NCBI RefSeq assembly: GCF_018350175.1
Contig: NC_058369.1
Span: 22,508,001-22,572,000 of the forward strand
Length of the DNA stretch: 64,000 nt
Direction: 5' to 3'
Source: Felis catus
Lineage: Eukaryota
Position numbers and translations under genes: made by a program. The first letter of the stretch is position 1. Every line of letters starts with the position of its first letter. This document shows positions 24,933 to 37,128 of the stretch, in pieces. The notes under the pieces were generated by a model, which searched no databases, had not been told where the DNA came from, and saw only the letters and a list, made by a program, of their open reading frames with translations.

Positions 24933-26460
24933 AACAATCCTAAAATTTATATGGAACCAGAAAAGACCCCGAATAACTAAAGCAATCTTGAAAAAGAAAA
25001 CCAAAGCTGGAGGTATCACAATCCTGGACTTCAAGATGTGCTACAAAGCTGTAATCATCAAGACAGTATGGTACTGGCACAAGAACAGACACTCAGATCA
25101 ATGGAACAGAATAGAGAATCCAGAAATGGACCCACAAACGTATAGCCAACTAATCTTTGACAAAGCAGGAAAGAACATCCAATGGAATAAAGACAGTCTC
25201 TTCAGCAAGGGGTGCTGGGAAAACTGGACAGTGACATGCAGAAAAATAAACCTGGACCACTTTCTTACACCACGAGAAAAATAAACTCCAAATGGATGAA
25301 AGACCTCAATGTAAGACAGGAAGCCATCAAAATCCTCGAGGAGAAAGCAGGAAAAAACCTCTTTGATCTTGGCCGCAGCAACTTCTTACTCAACACGAGG
25401 GAAGGCAAGGGAAACAATAGCAAAAATGAGCTACTGGGACCTCATCAAAATAAAAAGCTTTTGCACAGCGAAGGAAACAATCAGCAAAACAAAAAGGCAA
25501 CCAACTGAATGGGAGAAGATATTTGCAAATGACATATCAGATAAAGGGGTAGTATCCAAAATCTATAAAGAACTTATCAAACTCAACACCCAAAAAACAA
25601 TACAGTGAAGAAATGGGCAAACGACCTGAATAGAAGACATCCAGATGGCCAACCGATGCATGAAAAAATGCCCAACATCAGTCATCATCCGGGAAATACA
25701 AATCAAAACCACCATGAGATACCAGCTCACACCTGTCAGAATGGCTAACATTAACAACTCCGGCAACAACAGATGTTGGCGAGGATGCGGAGAAAGAGGA
25801 TCTCTTTTGCACTGCTGGTGGGAATGCAAACTGGTGCAGCCACTCTGGAAAACAGTGTGGAGGTTCCTCAAAAAGTTAAAAATAGAACTACCCTATGGCC
25901 CAGCAATTGCACTACCAGGCATTTATCCAAGGGATACAGGTGTGCTGTTTTGAAGGGACACATGCACCCCAATGTTTACAGCAGCACTATCAACAATAGC
26001 CAAAGTATGGAAAGAGCCCAAATGTCCATCGCTGGATGAATGGATAAAGAAGATGTGGTATATATATACAACGGAGTATTACCCAGAAATCAAAAAGAAT
26101 GAAATCTTGCCGTTTGCAACTACGTGGATGGAACTGGAGGGTATTATGCTAAGTGAAATTAGTCAGTCAGAGAAAGACAAAAATCATATGACTTCACTCT
26201 TATGAGGACTTTAAGAGACCAAAGAGATGAACATAAGGGAAGGGAAACAAAAATAATATAAAAACAGGGAGGGGGACAAAACAGAAGAGACTCATAAATA
26301 TGGAGAACAAACTGAGGGTTGCTGGCGGGGTTGTGGGAGGGGGTATGGGCTAAATGGGTAAGGGGCATTAAGGAATTTACTCCTGAAATCATTGTTGCAC
26401 CATATGCTAATTTGGATGTAAATTAAAAAAATAAAATTAAAAAAATTTTAATGAAGTCTT

Positions 26461-26687
26461 TTTTATTTTGAAAAAAATTTTTTAATGTTTATTTTTAAGA
26501 GAGAGAGAGAGAGAGAGAGTGAGCAAGCAGGGGAGGGGCAGAGAGAGAGGGAGACACAGAATCTGAAGCAGGCTCCAGGCTCTGAGCTGTCAGCACAGAG
26601 CCCATGCGGGGCTTGAACCCACAAGCTATGAGATCATGACCTGAGCCGAAGTCGGACACTTAACCGACTGAGCCACCCAGGCGCCCC
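26461..26687 (-). mobile_element. Can-SINE
   Basis: Reverse SINE flanked by aatgaagtctt / aatgaaggttt. Confidence 0.94.
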
Positions 26688-26711
26688 AAAAATGAAGGTT
26701 TTTTTGAAAAA

Positions 26712-27030
26712 TTTTTATTTTATTTTGGTATTGAGGTAGAATCGACATATTATATTAGTTTCTGGTATACAATATCATGATTCACTATCTGTATGTACTG
26801 CTAAATGATCACTACAGTAAATCCAGTTACTATCCATCACTGTACATAATGACAACATTTTTTCTTGTGATAAGAACTTTTAAAATTTAGTGTCTCAGCA
26901 ACTTGCACATATGCAATATTGTATTATTAACTATAGTCACCATGCCGTACAGATACCCACATTTATTCTGTAACGGGGATTCTGTACCTTTTGACCTCCT
27001 TTACCATTTTGCACACTCCACTCCCCCCTC
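26712..27030 (-). mobile_element. L1 3' end fragment (L1MA/L1_Carn-like)
   Basis: attatattagtttctggtatacaa...ttgtgataagaacttttaaaat...attaactatagtcaccatg...tgtaccttttgacc. Confidence 0.8.
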
Positions 27031-28689
27031 AAAATAAAGTCTTTGAAAACACTTCCCTGCTGTCTTTTCCTTTTTTGCTGAAAAATTAAATGGCTGCTCC
27101 TTATGTTGCCTCCCAACATCTAGAAAAACCAAATCAAGAATGAACGCTTTCTCCCACCGAAGCTAGACTCAACATCCTAGATAGCTGAACGATGATGTGT
27201 TGCCAGGGATTGGAACCAAAACATTCTTTCCATGACAACATTCCATTAAGAATTTTATAAAATGCACTTTGCTGGAGATAATTTTATAAGATGCACTTTG
27301 TCTCCCTGTGACCTGCCCAATAGGCCAACAAACCTGATAGACTCAGAGTCCTAAAGAATGGATGCTATTGGGAGAAGGGCCGAGGCTAGTCACTTACGAA
27401 ATATTAGGGGCCTGGCCAGTTGACTGGAAAGAGGGGACACACACCAATGATGACCCCTTATCTATGTCTGTGGAGTCCTGTTTTCATTTACTACTTGGTC
27501 TATAGATGCCCATCTGTTGGTTTTGCCTGCCCCATATCCCTTCTTTCTGGCGGCTGCTCTCTGATTTTCCTTGGGAAGGCTCTGTTTACCACTCTTAGCT
27601 TTAGGTTTGGATGAAGTTGACTTCACCTCTGACCTCCGGGGTGGGCGTGTGAGCCAGGCCTGGCAAGGAGGACCACACTCTCTTCCAGGCTAGTATAGAG
27701 ATGGGTGTCTGACTCCATCAGCGGATGTTCAATTATTATGCATTGGATGACTTAAGGTTTCTTCCTTCTATACAGGGAGGACTTTCTTGGTTGCATCATA
27801 TAAAAATCTCCCTAGCAACCTTCCTTTCATTACACTTAATATTTGTCTCTTTTGTTGTGGTGGTTGTTCAATATTAGAGAATTTGTAATGCAGTTGAGTT
27901 AACACACACAATACTGTAGCAGCCTGCGGGGGGGTTAAAGATAGTTAACCAGCTGGGAGAAGAATTCATTGTCTAGCTTAATATTCAGAGAAATGTAAAG
28001 GCAGGGTATTTCTGGTAGTTGAGCATTCTAAGATAAATGGACCTTATAAGAAATGAGACTTGCAAACTCAAGTCCAGCGGATTTCTTCAACCAGATCTGG
28101 TTAGCTGTAAACATCATTAGCTTAAAATGTTTTCTCCTACCCCTGTTGCCTGTGATAAGATAGGCCTCTTAAAAGGAAAAGTGCTGTTCTTTCACATTTT
28201 AACTCCTTCTGGGGGTGTGAAAGCCAGCTGAAATCAGGCTTCCTGCAAGCTACATTAAGCTTATGTTCCTCTGGGCCAGAAGGGAAATTGTGATGTCTCT
28301 TCCAGGTTTAGAGGTTCTAAAGGCGAGGCAACTTTCTTCCCCATATCAGGTCTTCTAGAACAAAAGATGAGCAGATCTAAATCAGTCTATTTGTATGCCA
28401 GTTTGAAGACATTTTTTTGCTATCTCCCCGACTCTCTCTCCCCACCCACATTACCTTCTTGATGTCCAAGATCAAGATTTGCGAAATTTGGATGTTAAAT
28501 ACGAATCTGATGTTATGTTCAGAGATGATGATTATTGCAGTGAGTTCTTTGGTGGTTTTCTCAAACCATTGTTTAAATTGCCAGAAAACACTTTTGGAAC
28601 AGCTGACCAAGTGTTTTTAAGTCAATACATTATGAAAAAAAAATGTTTTTAAAGGAAAATAGTGGTGGCGATGATGCAAACTCTTGTTG

Positions 28690-29285
28690 ATTTTAAAAAG
28701 ACTACAGTTTAGAAGTTTAATGGTCAGTTGGACCTTATGTGGATCTCGGTTTTAACAAATAACTGCAAAATACATTTTGGGGACACATGGGGAAATTCTG
28801 AATATGGTCTAAGTATTCCATGATATTAAGAAATTATATTTAATTTTGTTAAGTGTGAAAATAGTTTTGTGGTTATGTAAGAAGGTGTCCTCATTTTCTT
28901 AGAAATGCATGCTGAAGGAAAGGGGGCACCTGGGTGGCTCAATCAGTTGAGATCTGACTCTTGTTTTCAGCTCAGGTCATGATCCCAGGGTCCCTAGGAT
29001 TGGGCCCCACATTGGGCTCCACACTGAGCACGGAGCCTGCTTGAGAGTCTCTCTCTCCCTCCCTCTGCTCCTCTCCCCTACTCACACTCCCTCTTACTAA
29101 AAAAAAAAAAAAAAAAAAATGCATGCTGAAGTATTTGGGGATAAAATCTCACAATGTTTAATTTCTTTTTTAAAAGATGAAGCAAATATGGCAAAATGTT
29201 TGTTAAATCTAGGTTATGGTTATACAAGGTTCACTAAAGAATTCTCTATTTTTATGTGTGTTTGAAATATAATACAAAGGCTTTT
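28690..29285 (+). mobile_element. Ancient L1 (L1MC/ME-like) 3' fragment split by a SINE
   Basis: acattttggggacac...tgatattaagaaatt...gtggttatgtaag...gcaaatatggcaaaatgtt. Confidence 0.7.
28922..29116 (+). mobile_element. Older Can-SINE
   Basis: Perfect 15-bp TSD aaatgcatgctgaag at 28903-28917 and 29117-29131. Confidence 0.93.
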
Positions 29286-31840
29286 TTTAAAGGACAAATA
29301 AATTTTCTGTGGGTTCCTTTTCTACATGTATTTTAAGAAACCAATATGAGCACCATCTCTGATGGAAACTGTAGAATAAAACTCCAAATATAAGTTAGGT
29401 AAATTTAAATGACTTTAAAAGATATTCTCTGCTGTTGGAATATAAAATTATGCAGCATTTATAAGTAAAAGTTCATGAAGCTCTCTTAATTCATCCGTAT
29501 TCTGTGGGTGGGTGGGGATAAATGAATAATAAAAGCATTGCCTGTTGAAGGAATAAAATTTCAACTCATAAATTGAACTTCATGAAAATTATTTAAAGTA
29601 CTTGTAAGTATAATAGGTTCACCAGAAATAGTTCTCATTTGCATGATAACATTTCCTATAAATGAGCAGAAAGTAATATACCGTCATTGTAAAAAACACA
29701 GATAATCCATAAAAAGGAAAAAAATCTCCCATAATATCACACCCTGTTATAAATATGTTGACATATTTTTATCCAGCACTTTTTCAGAGCATAGATTTGT
29801 ATCCATTTTTTTCTTTACTTTCTTCCCTCCCTTTCTTACTGATCTTTTTCCCTCTCCCTCCCTCCATTTGTCCAGACCACCATTAGACATGGAAACAACA
29901 CCAGAAACAGGACAAGTGGCTACACCCAAGAGTGGAAAACCCACTGTGACAAGAGCACTCCACTCCTAGAGTAAAGTTGTCTTCACTTTGGTAACTTAGG
30001 GTATTTTAAAGATCAGTTTTTAAGAATTCTTACACCTAAGAGTGATTAGTCCTTTGTCTGAAAGATAGTTACAAATATTTCCCGCCCGCATCTTCTGGTT
30101 GTCATTTTTAAATGTTTCACAACTCTATTATTGCAGTGGATCACATTTATGAAGATTTCATAAGGTTACAAACAGTCATAGTACAAAAAGACAGTTACTA
30201 CAATGCAAGGTAGTCCATCAGTGTCTCTTGAAAATTGGGCAACAATAGTATACAGAGAAATCTAATAATCATGATTTTTTTTCACTGAGGCATAATTTAC
30301 ACACAATAAAATGCACAGATTTTAAGTGTTTAGTTTTATGAGTTTTGGTAGTAGTATTGTGCAGACAACACCCAAAACAAAATGTGGCATATTTGCTTCA
30401 CCCCTCAAAGTATCTTTGTGCCCTTTCCGGAAAATTATCCAATGCCTTCCAACTGGGCAAGTGTTTATGGGTTTGTCACCATTGACTGGTTTTTATTTGC
30501 TTTTGGACTTCACAGAGAGTATATACACTCTTTTGTACCCAGCTTTTTTCACTCAAGTATATTTTTGAGGTTCACTCATGTTGCTTGTAGCATGTATTAG
30601 TAATTTGCTTTCAGCGCTGAGTAGTATTTCAGTATTTTGAATATAGTACTACTTGTGTATCAAATAACCTATTAACACACTTGGGCTTTTTCAGTTCCAG
30701 GCTAGGAGCATTCGTGTATAACTTGTAGGCATGTGTTTCCATTTTTCGTGATTGAGTACCTAGGAATTTCTAGGTTTATAGGGAAGGCTTGTGTGAATAA
30801 GAAATTGTTCAGGCATTTTCCAAAATCATTGTACTCTTTTGCAGTCCCATCGGTAATATAGGAGAGCTCCAGCTGCACCATGTGCTCACCAACACTTGGT
30901 ACTGTCTGGATTTTCAATTTTAACTATTCTAGTGGGTGTGTGGTGTTCTCATTGTGGGTTCAAATTTGCATTTCCCTTTGGATAATGATGATGAGCATTA
31001 GTTCATATGTTTTCTTTGCCATCCATAAGTCATCATTTGTAAAATGTCTGCTCAAATCTTTTGTCCATTTGTAAATAGTGTATCTTCTTAATAATGAGTG
31101 GTAGAAATTCTTTGCATATTCTAGATGTTTTTGTTAGATATTGTCTTCTCTTGTCTTGTCTTGCAAACAGTAGGTGTTTTTAATTTTGATGAAGTCTAGA
31201 CCATCATCTTTTTCTTTTTTGGTTAGTGTTCATTGTGTGCATAATCTTTGCCTATACCAGTGTAATAAAGCTTTTTGTTATATTCTAGAAATTTTAGTTT
31301 TAGCCTTTAGGCTTGTATCTGTAAACCACTTGAGTTGGTCTTGTATACAATGGGATGCAAGGGCTGAGGCTCATTTTTTTACATATGGATTCCAGTTGTG
31401 CAAGGGACTCTTCTTTTCCCCGTTGAATTACCTTGGAATCTTTGTTGAAAGTCAATTGACCTTGTAACTATAGGTCTATTTCCAGACTCTCTATTTATTC
31501 TACTTATCTTTATGTCTACACCTATACCAATATAGCATTGTCTTGATACTGTACCTTTATAATAAATTTTAAAGTTGGATCATAAAAGTCCTCTATCTTT
31601 GTTCTTCTTTTTCACATTTTATCTAGTATAGGTTCTTTTTGTTTGCATTTTTAAAATCAGCTTTTCAACTTCTGTTAAAATGTCTTCTGGGATTTTGGTT
31701 GGGCCTAGAGATCAGTTTTGGGAAAATGGACATTTAGTTACATTTATTAAGCTTTCCTTAATTTCTTGCAAGAATTTTTTGTTGTTCTTAGTATAGAGAC
31801 TTTACACATCTTAGATTTATTATTAGTTGTTTGTGTTATT

Positions 31841-32044
31841 TTTTTTTAATGTTTATTTATTTTTGAGGGAGAGAGAGAATAAGAGGTGGAGGGGCAGAGA
31901 GAGAAGGAGACACAGAATCCAAAGCAGGCTCCAGGCTCTGAGCTGTCAGCACAGAGCCTGACGTGGGGCTCTAACTCACAGAGTGAGAGATCATGACCTG
32001 AGCCGAAGTCAGACGCTTAACTGACTGAGCCACCCAGGCGCCCC
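31841..32044 (-). mobile_element. Can-SINE
   Basis: TSD gttgtttgtgttattttt at 31826 and 32046. Confidence 0.95.
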
Positions 32045-32175
32045 TGTTGTTTGTGTTATTTTTAAAAATTTTATTCTTAATTGTTTGCTACTAATATACA
32101 GAAATGCAGTTTATTCTTATATATTGATTTTGTATTTGTGACCTTGCTAAGTTCACTTATTAGTTTTGGAATTTT

Positions 32176-32335
32176 TTATTATATACATATATATATTATC
32201 TATAATATATCTATATTATCTATAGATAGACATATCTGTAACATATCTATATTATCTATAGATACATATCTATAATAGATACATATCTATAATATATCTA
32301 TATTATCTATATATTATATATATTAGATTCTATAG
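32176..32335. repeat. AT-rich degenerate tandem repeat (tatctata/tatagata units)
   Basis: Direct reading. Confidence 0.85.
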
Positions 32336-33194
32336 GGTTTTATATGTATATAACCAATTTATATGCAAATCATGAAAATTTTACTTCTTTATTTCCAATA
32401 TTTTTCTTGCCTTATTGCATTGGTTAAGAATTCCAGTACAGTGTTAAATAGAAATGATGATAGTGAACATCCTTGCCTATTCCCATTTGGAAGGGGAAAG
32501 CATTCAATGTTTCACCATTAATATGTTATCTGTAGTTGGTGGTTTTTTAATTTTTTTTAATGTTTCAAGTTTTAATTTCAATTCTAGTTAGTCAACATAT
32601 AGTATAATATTAGCTTTATGAATATAATTTAGTTATTCATCACATATAACACCCAATGTTCATCATAACAAGTGCCCTCTGTAATACCCATCACCCATTT
32701 AGCCCATCCCCCTGCCCACCTTACCTACCTATAGTTGTTTTTGGTGAATGACCTTTATCATGCCTATATATATGTCATATATAAATGCCATATACATATG
32801 CCCATATGATGCCCTATAAACATCTGCAGTGTTTCTGCTCCTTTGGCCTTTACTTGTATTTTATAGGCTCCAGACTACATCTGTCTTTAAATTTTGATGA
32901 AAATGAAGTTTGTGGATTTTAAAAAATCTTTGTTGCTTTTTATATGATTTCTCTGAGAAAGTAAAAAAGGCTGAATTGATATAGCCATGTTCCTACCCAA
33001 AGTCTGTTTTCTCTGTGGGTCCAAACACCCTGCATGGTTTCACAGAAACTGATTATAATAAAGTACATAACCATCTGTTATTGTAAATGTGACTTTTGGG
33101 TCTCAGTTTTTACAATGAGTCTGTAAATAAGCCCTGGAAGAATGACTTATAAGATAAGATGTAAACATAATAAACCTTGACAATGTAAAAATTG

Positions 33195-33195
<1 letters not shown>

Positions 33196-33223
<28 letters not shown>
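33196..33223. repeat. (TA)n microsatellite
   Basis: Direct reading. Confidence 0.9.
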
Positions 33224-33227
<4 letters not shown>

Positions 33228-33527
33228 TCTCAAATATTCGTATTTGAAGAGGAGAAAGTGTATAAGGGAGGGTGAATACGTGAACTTGAAAGTCGTCTCT
33301 CATTGTGGTGAGTCCAAGGATACTGGGTAAAGCAGCATTGGAGGGTCAAGTTAATAAACTCATCAGACAGTAAACTACGCCAGGACACAGACTGCTTCAT
33401 ACGCCCTCAAATCCTTGGCATTTAAAGTCTCAGCTGCATGTTAAGGGCGCTGTAAAAATGGCTAAGCTGATGACTAAACAGATAAAAAAGTTGAAATACA
33501 GATATACTATTTAAAGTTCCAATGATA

Positions 33528-33738
33528 GGGGCGCCTGGGTGGCTCGGTCTGTTAAGTGTCCGACTTCAGCTCGGGTCATGATTTCACAGCTCATGAGTTC
33601 GAGCCCGCATCGGGCTCTGTGCTGACAGCTTGGAGCCTGGAGCCAGCTTTGGATTCTGTGACTCCCTCTCTCTCTCTCTGCCCCTCCCCTGCTCATGCTC
33701 TGTCTCTCAAAAAATAAATGTTAAAAAATTAAAATAAA
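33528..33738 (+). mobile_element. Can-SINE
   Basis: ggggcgcctgggtggctcggtctgttaag head, CT tract, A tail. Confidence 0.94.
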
Positions 33739-34031
33739 GTATATGTATATATATATATTTAAATGTTTCTGTACTGGTTGAAATATTTTAAAAACTATGT
33801 TTGCACATTGCTTCTATCATTTAAAAGAAACGATTAAAGAAAAAAGGGAGAGAAAAATGCCAAAGCAGTTTCACTGCTAATAAATACTTTCAAGAGCTTT
33901 TTTTTGTTGTTTATGTTTTCATTGGTAGTTAATATTCTAAGGCATTGGATTGTTACACAAATGTTTATGAGTTATTCTTTTTGATCATGGGATTTTTTTT
34001 TGGTAATTAAGATTGTCTTCAGCATCATTTT

Positions 34032-34241
34032 TTTAAATGTTTATTTTGAGAGGAAAGAAAGAGAGCGAGCGAGAGCGAGAGCGAGAGCACACACACAAGT
34101 GGGGGAGGGGCAGAGACTGAGGGAGCTAGAGAATCCCAAGCAGGCTCCACACAGAGTGTTGGGCTCAATCTCACCAACCCTGAGATGGCCTGAGCAGAAA
34201 TAAGAGTAGGACGCTTAACTGACTGAGCCACCAGGTCCCCC
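34032..34241 (-). mobile_element. Can-SINE
   Basis: Perfect TSD cttcagcatcatttt at 34017-34031 and 34242-34256. Confidence 0.93.
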
Positions 34242-34945
34242 CTTCAGCATCATTTTCAAAATCAGCATAATATTACAGGAATCAACCATGATTTATTTAA
34301 TCAATACCCAATTTTTAGACATTCCAGTGATTTCCTATTTTTTCTATCAGATAATATTCTGACACATATTCTTATAGCTAAATATTTTTGTGTTCGTGAA
34401 TTATTTCTCTAAGATAAATTCTTAAGATTAAAATGTGCAAAGGTTCACAAAATTTTGACTAATTGATATTGTTGCTTTAATTTATGTCAAAAATGCTTTA
34501 ATTTATGCTTCAATTTATGACAAACAATTTTGTCAGATGAGTTTTAATTATACAAGTTAGTTTTAGATTAGGCCCCATGGTCCTTAACTTAAAACATTTC
34601 TCCTTAACTATGTGAGTACTGAGATCTACTATGGAAATGACTCTGTTTATTTGACAACTTAGAATATTTGAATTAATTGGGCTATTTTCATGGGATGATC
34701 AACCCCTCCCCAACTCATGTTATAGAAAATGTTTAGATGCAAAATCATGATTGAATGAAATTGTTATCCAATGAAGGGACCTTGAAACTGTCTAAATGGG
34801 CGGAGGATTTAGAGTTCTATGTTCACAACAGGAAGTTACTGCCAGCTCTAGTCCGTGAGAGAGACAGAACTATAGACACTGAGCACTCAAAAACAGTGGC
34901 TAATTTCATCCACACTTACATTTGCCTTCAGAATATGTGAGTGTG

Positions 34946-35159
34946 TTTTTTAATTTTTCTTAAGCTTATTTATTTTGAGAAAGAGAAAGAGAGAGGGCCT
35001 GCGTATGTGAGCAGTGGAGGGGCAGAGAGAGAGGGAGAGAATCTCAAGCAGGCTCTGTGCAGAGCCCTACATGGGGCTCTAACCTAAGAACCATAAGATC
35101 ATGACCTGAGCCAAAACCAAGAGTTGGCTGCTCAACTGATTGAGCCACCCAGGTGCCCC
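34946..35159 (-). mobile_element. Can-SINE
   Basis: Reverse SINE; TSD tgtg(a/t)gtgtgttt. Confidence 0.93.
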
Positions 35160-36164
35160 TGTGTGTGTGTTTAAATAGATCACTTACCAACCTAAATGCA
35201 TTTTATTTATCCTATTTAAAAACCATTTTATTTTCCAAAGTGTAGCCTTACTGAATAGTGGGAGGAGTTATGGGCAGTGGGGAGGCTCACCTGGGCTGAG
35301 AAGTTGAGGGTGGATCATCCCCAAATTGGCTTCATGCACAGGTTTTTACAACATATATTTGAAACCTATTTCATGCAAACTTTCAAATATTATATTTATC
35401 TTTACTATAAAAGTTATGTAGCAGAAAACAATGCCCTTTTCTGATTATTGATATTCCTGGAATTTAAATACCTTATGTCCCCAAAACATGATCAGTAAAA
35501 TAAATGTTATCACATGTAATAGAGATTTGCATAATTGCAATTCAGCATTTCAAAACCAGTTGTTATCAGTGAAAACAACTCACTGAGGGGAAAGCACAAA
35601 TGTACGTGCTGCCTTAGAGGTGGTGGGGTGGGGGTGGCACTGCCCATGCCACTCTACGGGCGGCACCTGCTGACGTGGTCATGTCCAGAGGACACGGATC
35701 ACTTCCTCCACACAGGACTCAGCCCTGAGGATGGACCTTTCCTCCCCCTGATCGTTCATTAGCATTGATGGGTCTTCTTTTGCTGCCTTATCATGATGTT
35801 GAAAATAGGTGATCACGCACAAGGTGTCTTGGAATACCTGTGTTGTTCATATGCTTCCTGTATTAATACCTCCAGACATACTGGCTTCTACCCTCCATGC
35901 TTTTTGTAAAGATTCAAACAATACCGAATTGTTGAAATTAGAAAGTGAAATTTTCACAGCTTCCCCATCCTGTTTTCTAGAGGTAACCAGCATTAACAGT
36001 TCAGCGTGTGACTTCCCAGTGTGTTCCATGCTTACACACTCAGAAGGTTTATAATGCTATATTTATACCCATACTTATATCTATACCTATATTTATGTTT
36101 TTAAAAAAAAACAGAAATGGGTTTATACTACACACATTGTTCTATGACCTGGTTTTTTTCCCCT

Positions 36165-36377
36165 TTAATTTTTTTTAATGTTTATTTTGAGGGAGAGAGA
36201 GACAGAGTGCAAGAGGGGGAGGGGCAGAGAGAGAGAGGGAGATACAGAATCTGAAGCAGGCTCCTCCAGGCTCTCAGCTGTCAGCATAGAGCCCGACGTG
36301 GGGCTTGAACTTACAGACTGTGAGAGCATGAGGTGAGCCGAAGTTGGACACCTAACAAACAGCCACCCAGGTGCCGC
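36165..36377 (-). mobile_element. Can-SINE within an old L1ME-like fragment (~35900-36530)
   Basis: Reverse SINE body ending cagccacccaggtgcc. Confidence 0.92.
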
Positions 36378-36922
36378 TTTGTTCCCATTTAATACTGCCA
36401 ATTATCATGGACAGCTTGCCATGTGGGCATGTCAGTTCACAGAAGTCACCTTGTCCTTTCTAACGGCGTTATGAAATTCCATTATATGATGATTAATTTA
36501 ACCAGTTCCTATTTGATGGACACTTAGAAACCTTGTAATTTCTTAAGGTATTCTCAAAGAAATGGATCCAATCCTGGAAGGACATTTTCTTATATCCCTA
36601 ACCTCAAAAAGTCAGTCTATGCCCTCTCTGAAAACAGGCAACTTTAGATTCAGATAATTAGAAGTGTGTCACGTGTGAACACTTCCCTTTTTTTCCTCCA
36701 TTTTGCTCGAGGTTTGGGATGTAAAACAAAAGTAGAAGAGTAGCCACGGCATGTGTTGCAACTGTTCCTTTAAGCGCTCCTTTTTCCACAGTAACATTCT
36801 TCTTTTGCCCAGAGAATGGTTGCTGAAAATCTGTGTCACTGCGTGTGCAAGCGTGGCTGTGTGAGTGTGAGGCCACCATTCCTGGGGATGAAGGTAGAAG
36901 TTGGTTTAAAGGGATCTGCTCA

Positions 36923-37128
36923 GGGGTGCCTGGGTGGCTCAGTCAGCTGAGCGGCCGACTTTGGCTCAGGTCATGATCTTGCGGTCCGTGAGTTTGAGCC
37001 CTGCGTTGGGCTCTGTGCTGACAGCTCAGAGCCTGGAGCCTGTTTCAGATTCTGTGTCTCCCTCTCTCTGACCCTCCCCTGTTCATGCTCTGTCTCTCCC
37101 GGTCTCAAAAATAAATAAAACGTTAAAA
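36923..37128 (+). mobile_element. Can-SINE
   Basis: TSD aaagggatc(t/c)gctca at 36908-36922 and 37129-37143. Confidence 0.95.

Larger units (their letters stand above)
23781..26449 (+). mobile_element. 5'-truncated carnivore/felid LINE-1: 3' part of ORF2 (RT and Cys-rich C-terminus, disrupted), 3' UTR and A tail
   Basis: FADD RT motif at 24046-24057. ORF fragments 24070-24348, 24988-25284, 25363-25608, 25645-25953 ([18 protein letters not shown]) and 25972-26205 are typical L1 ORF2. Many stops and frameshifts. Confidence 0.97.
30272..32765 (-). mobile_element. Ancient L1 (L1M-type) with nested SINE, AT-rich repeat and a younger L1 3' fragment (~32540-32720)
   Basis: Antisense L1 hallmarks: ctcaccaacacttggt, atttgcatttccct, ttgattttgtatttgtgaccttgct, cttattgcattgg...gtgaacatccttg. 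Confidence 0.85.

Noticed and set aside
24070..26205. RT-like ORFs as an active retroelement or novel RT system
   Set aside because: Ordinary 5'-truncated L1 ORF2 broken by stops, frameshifts and two SINEs
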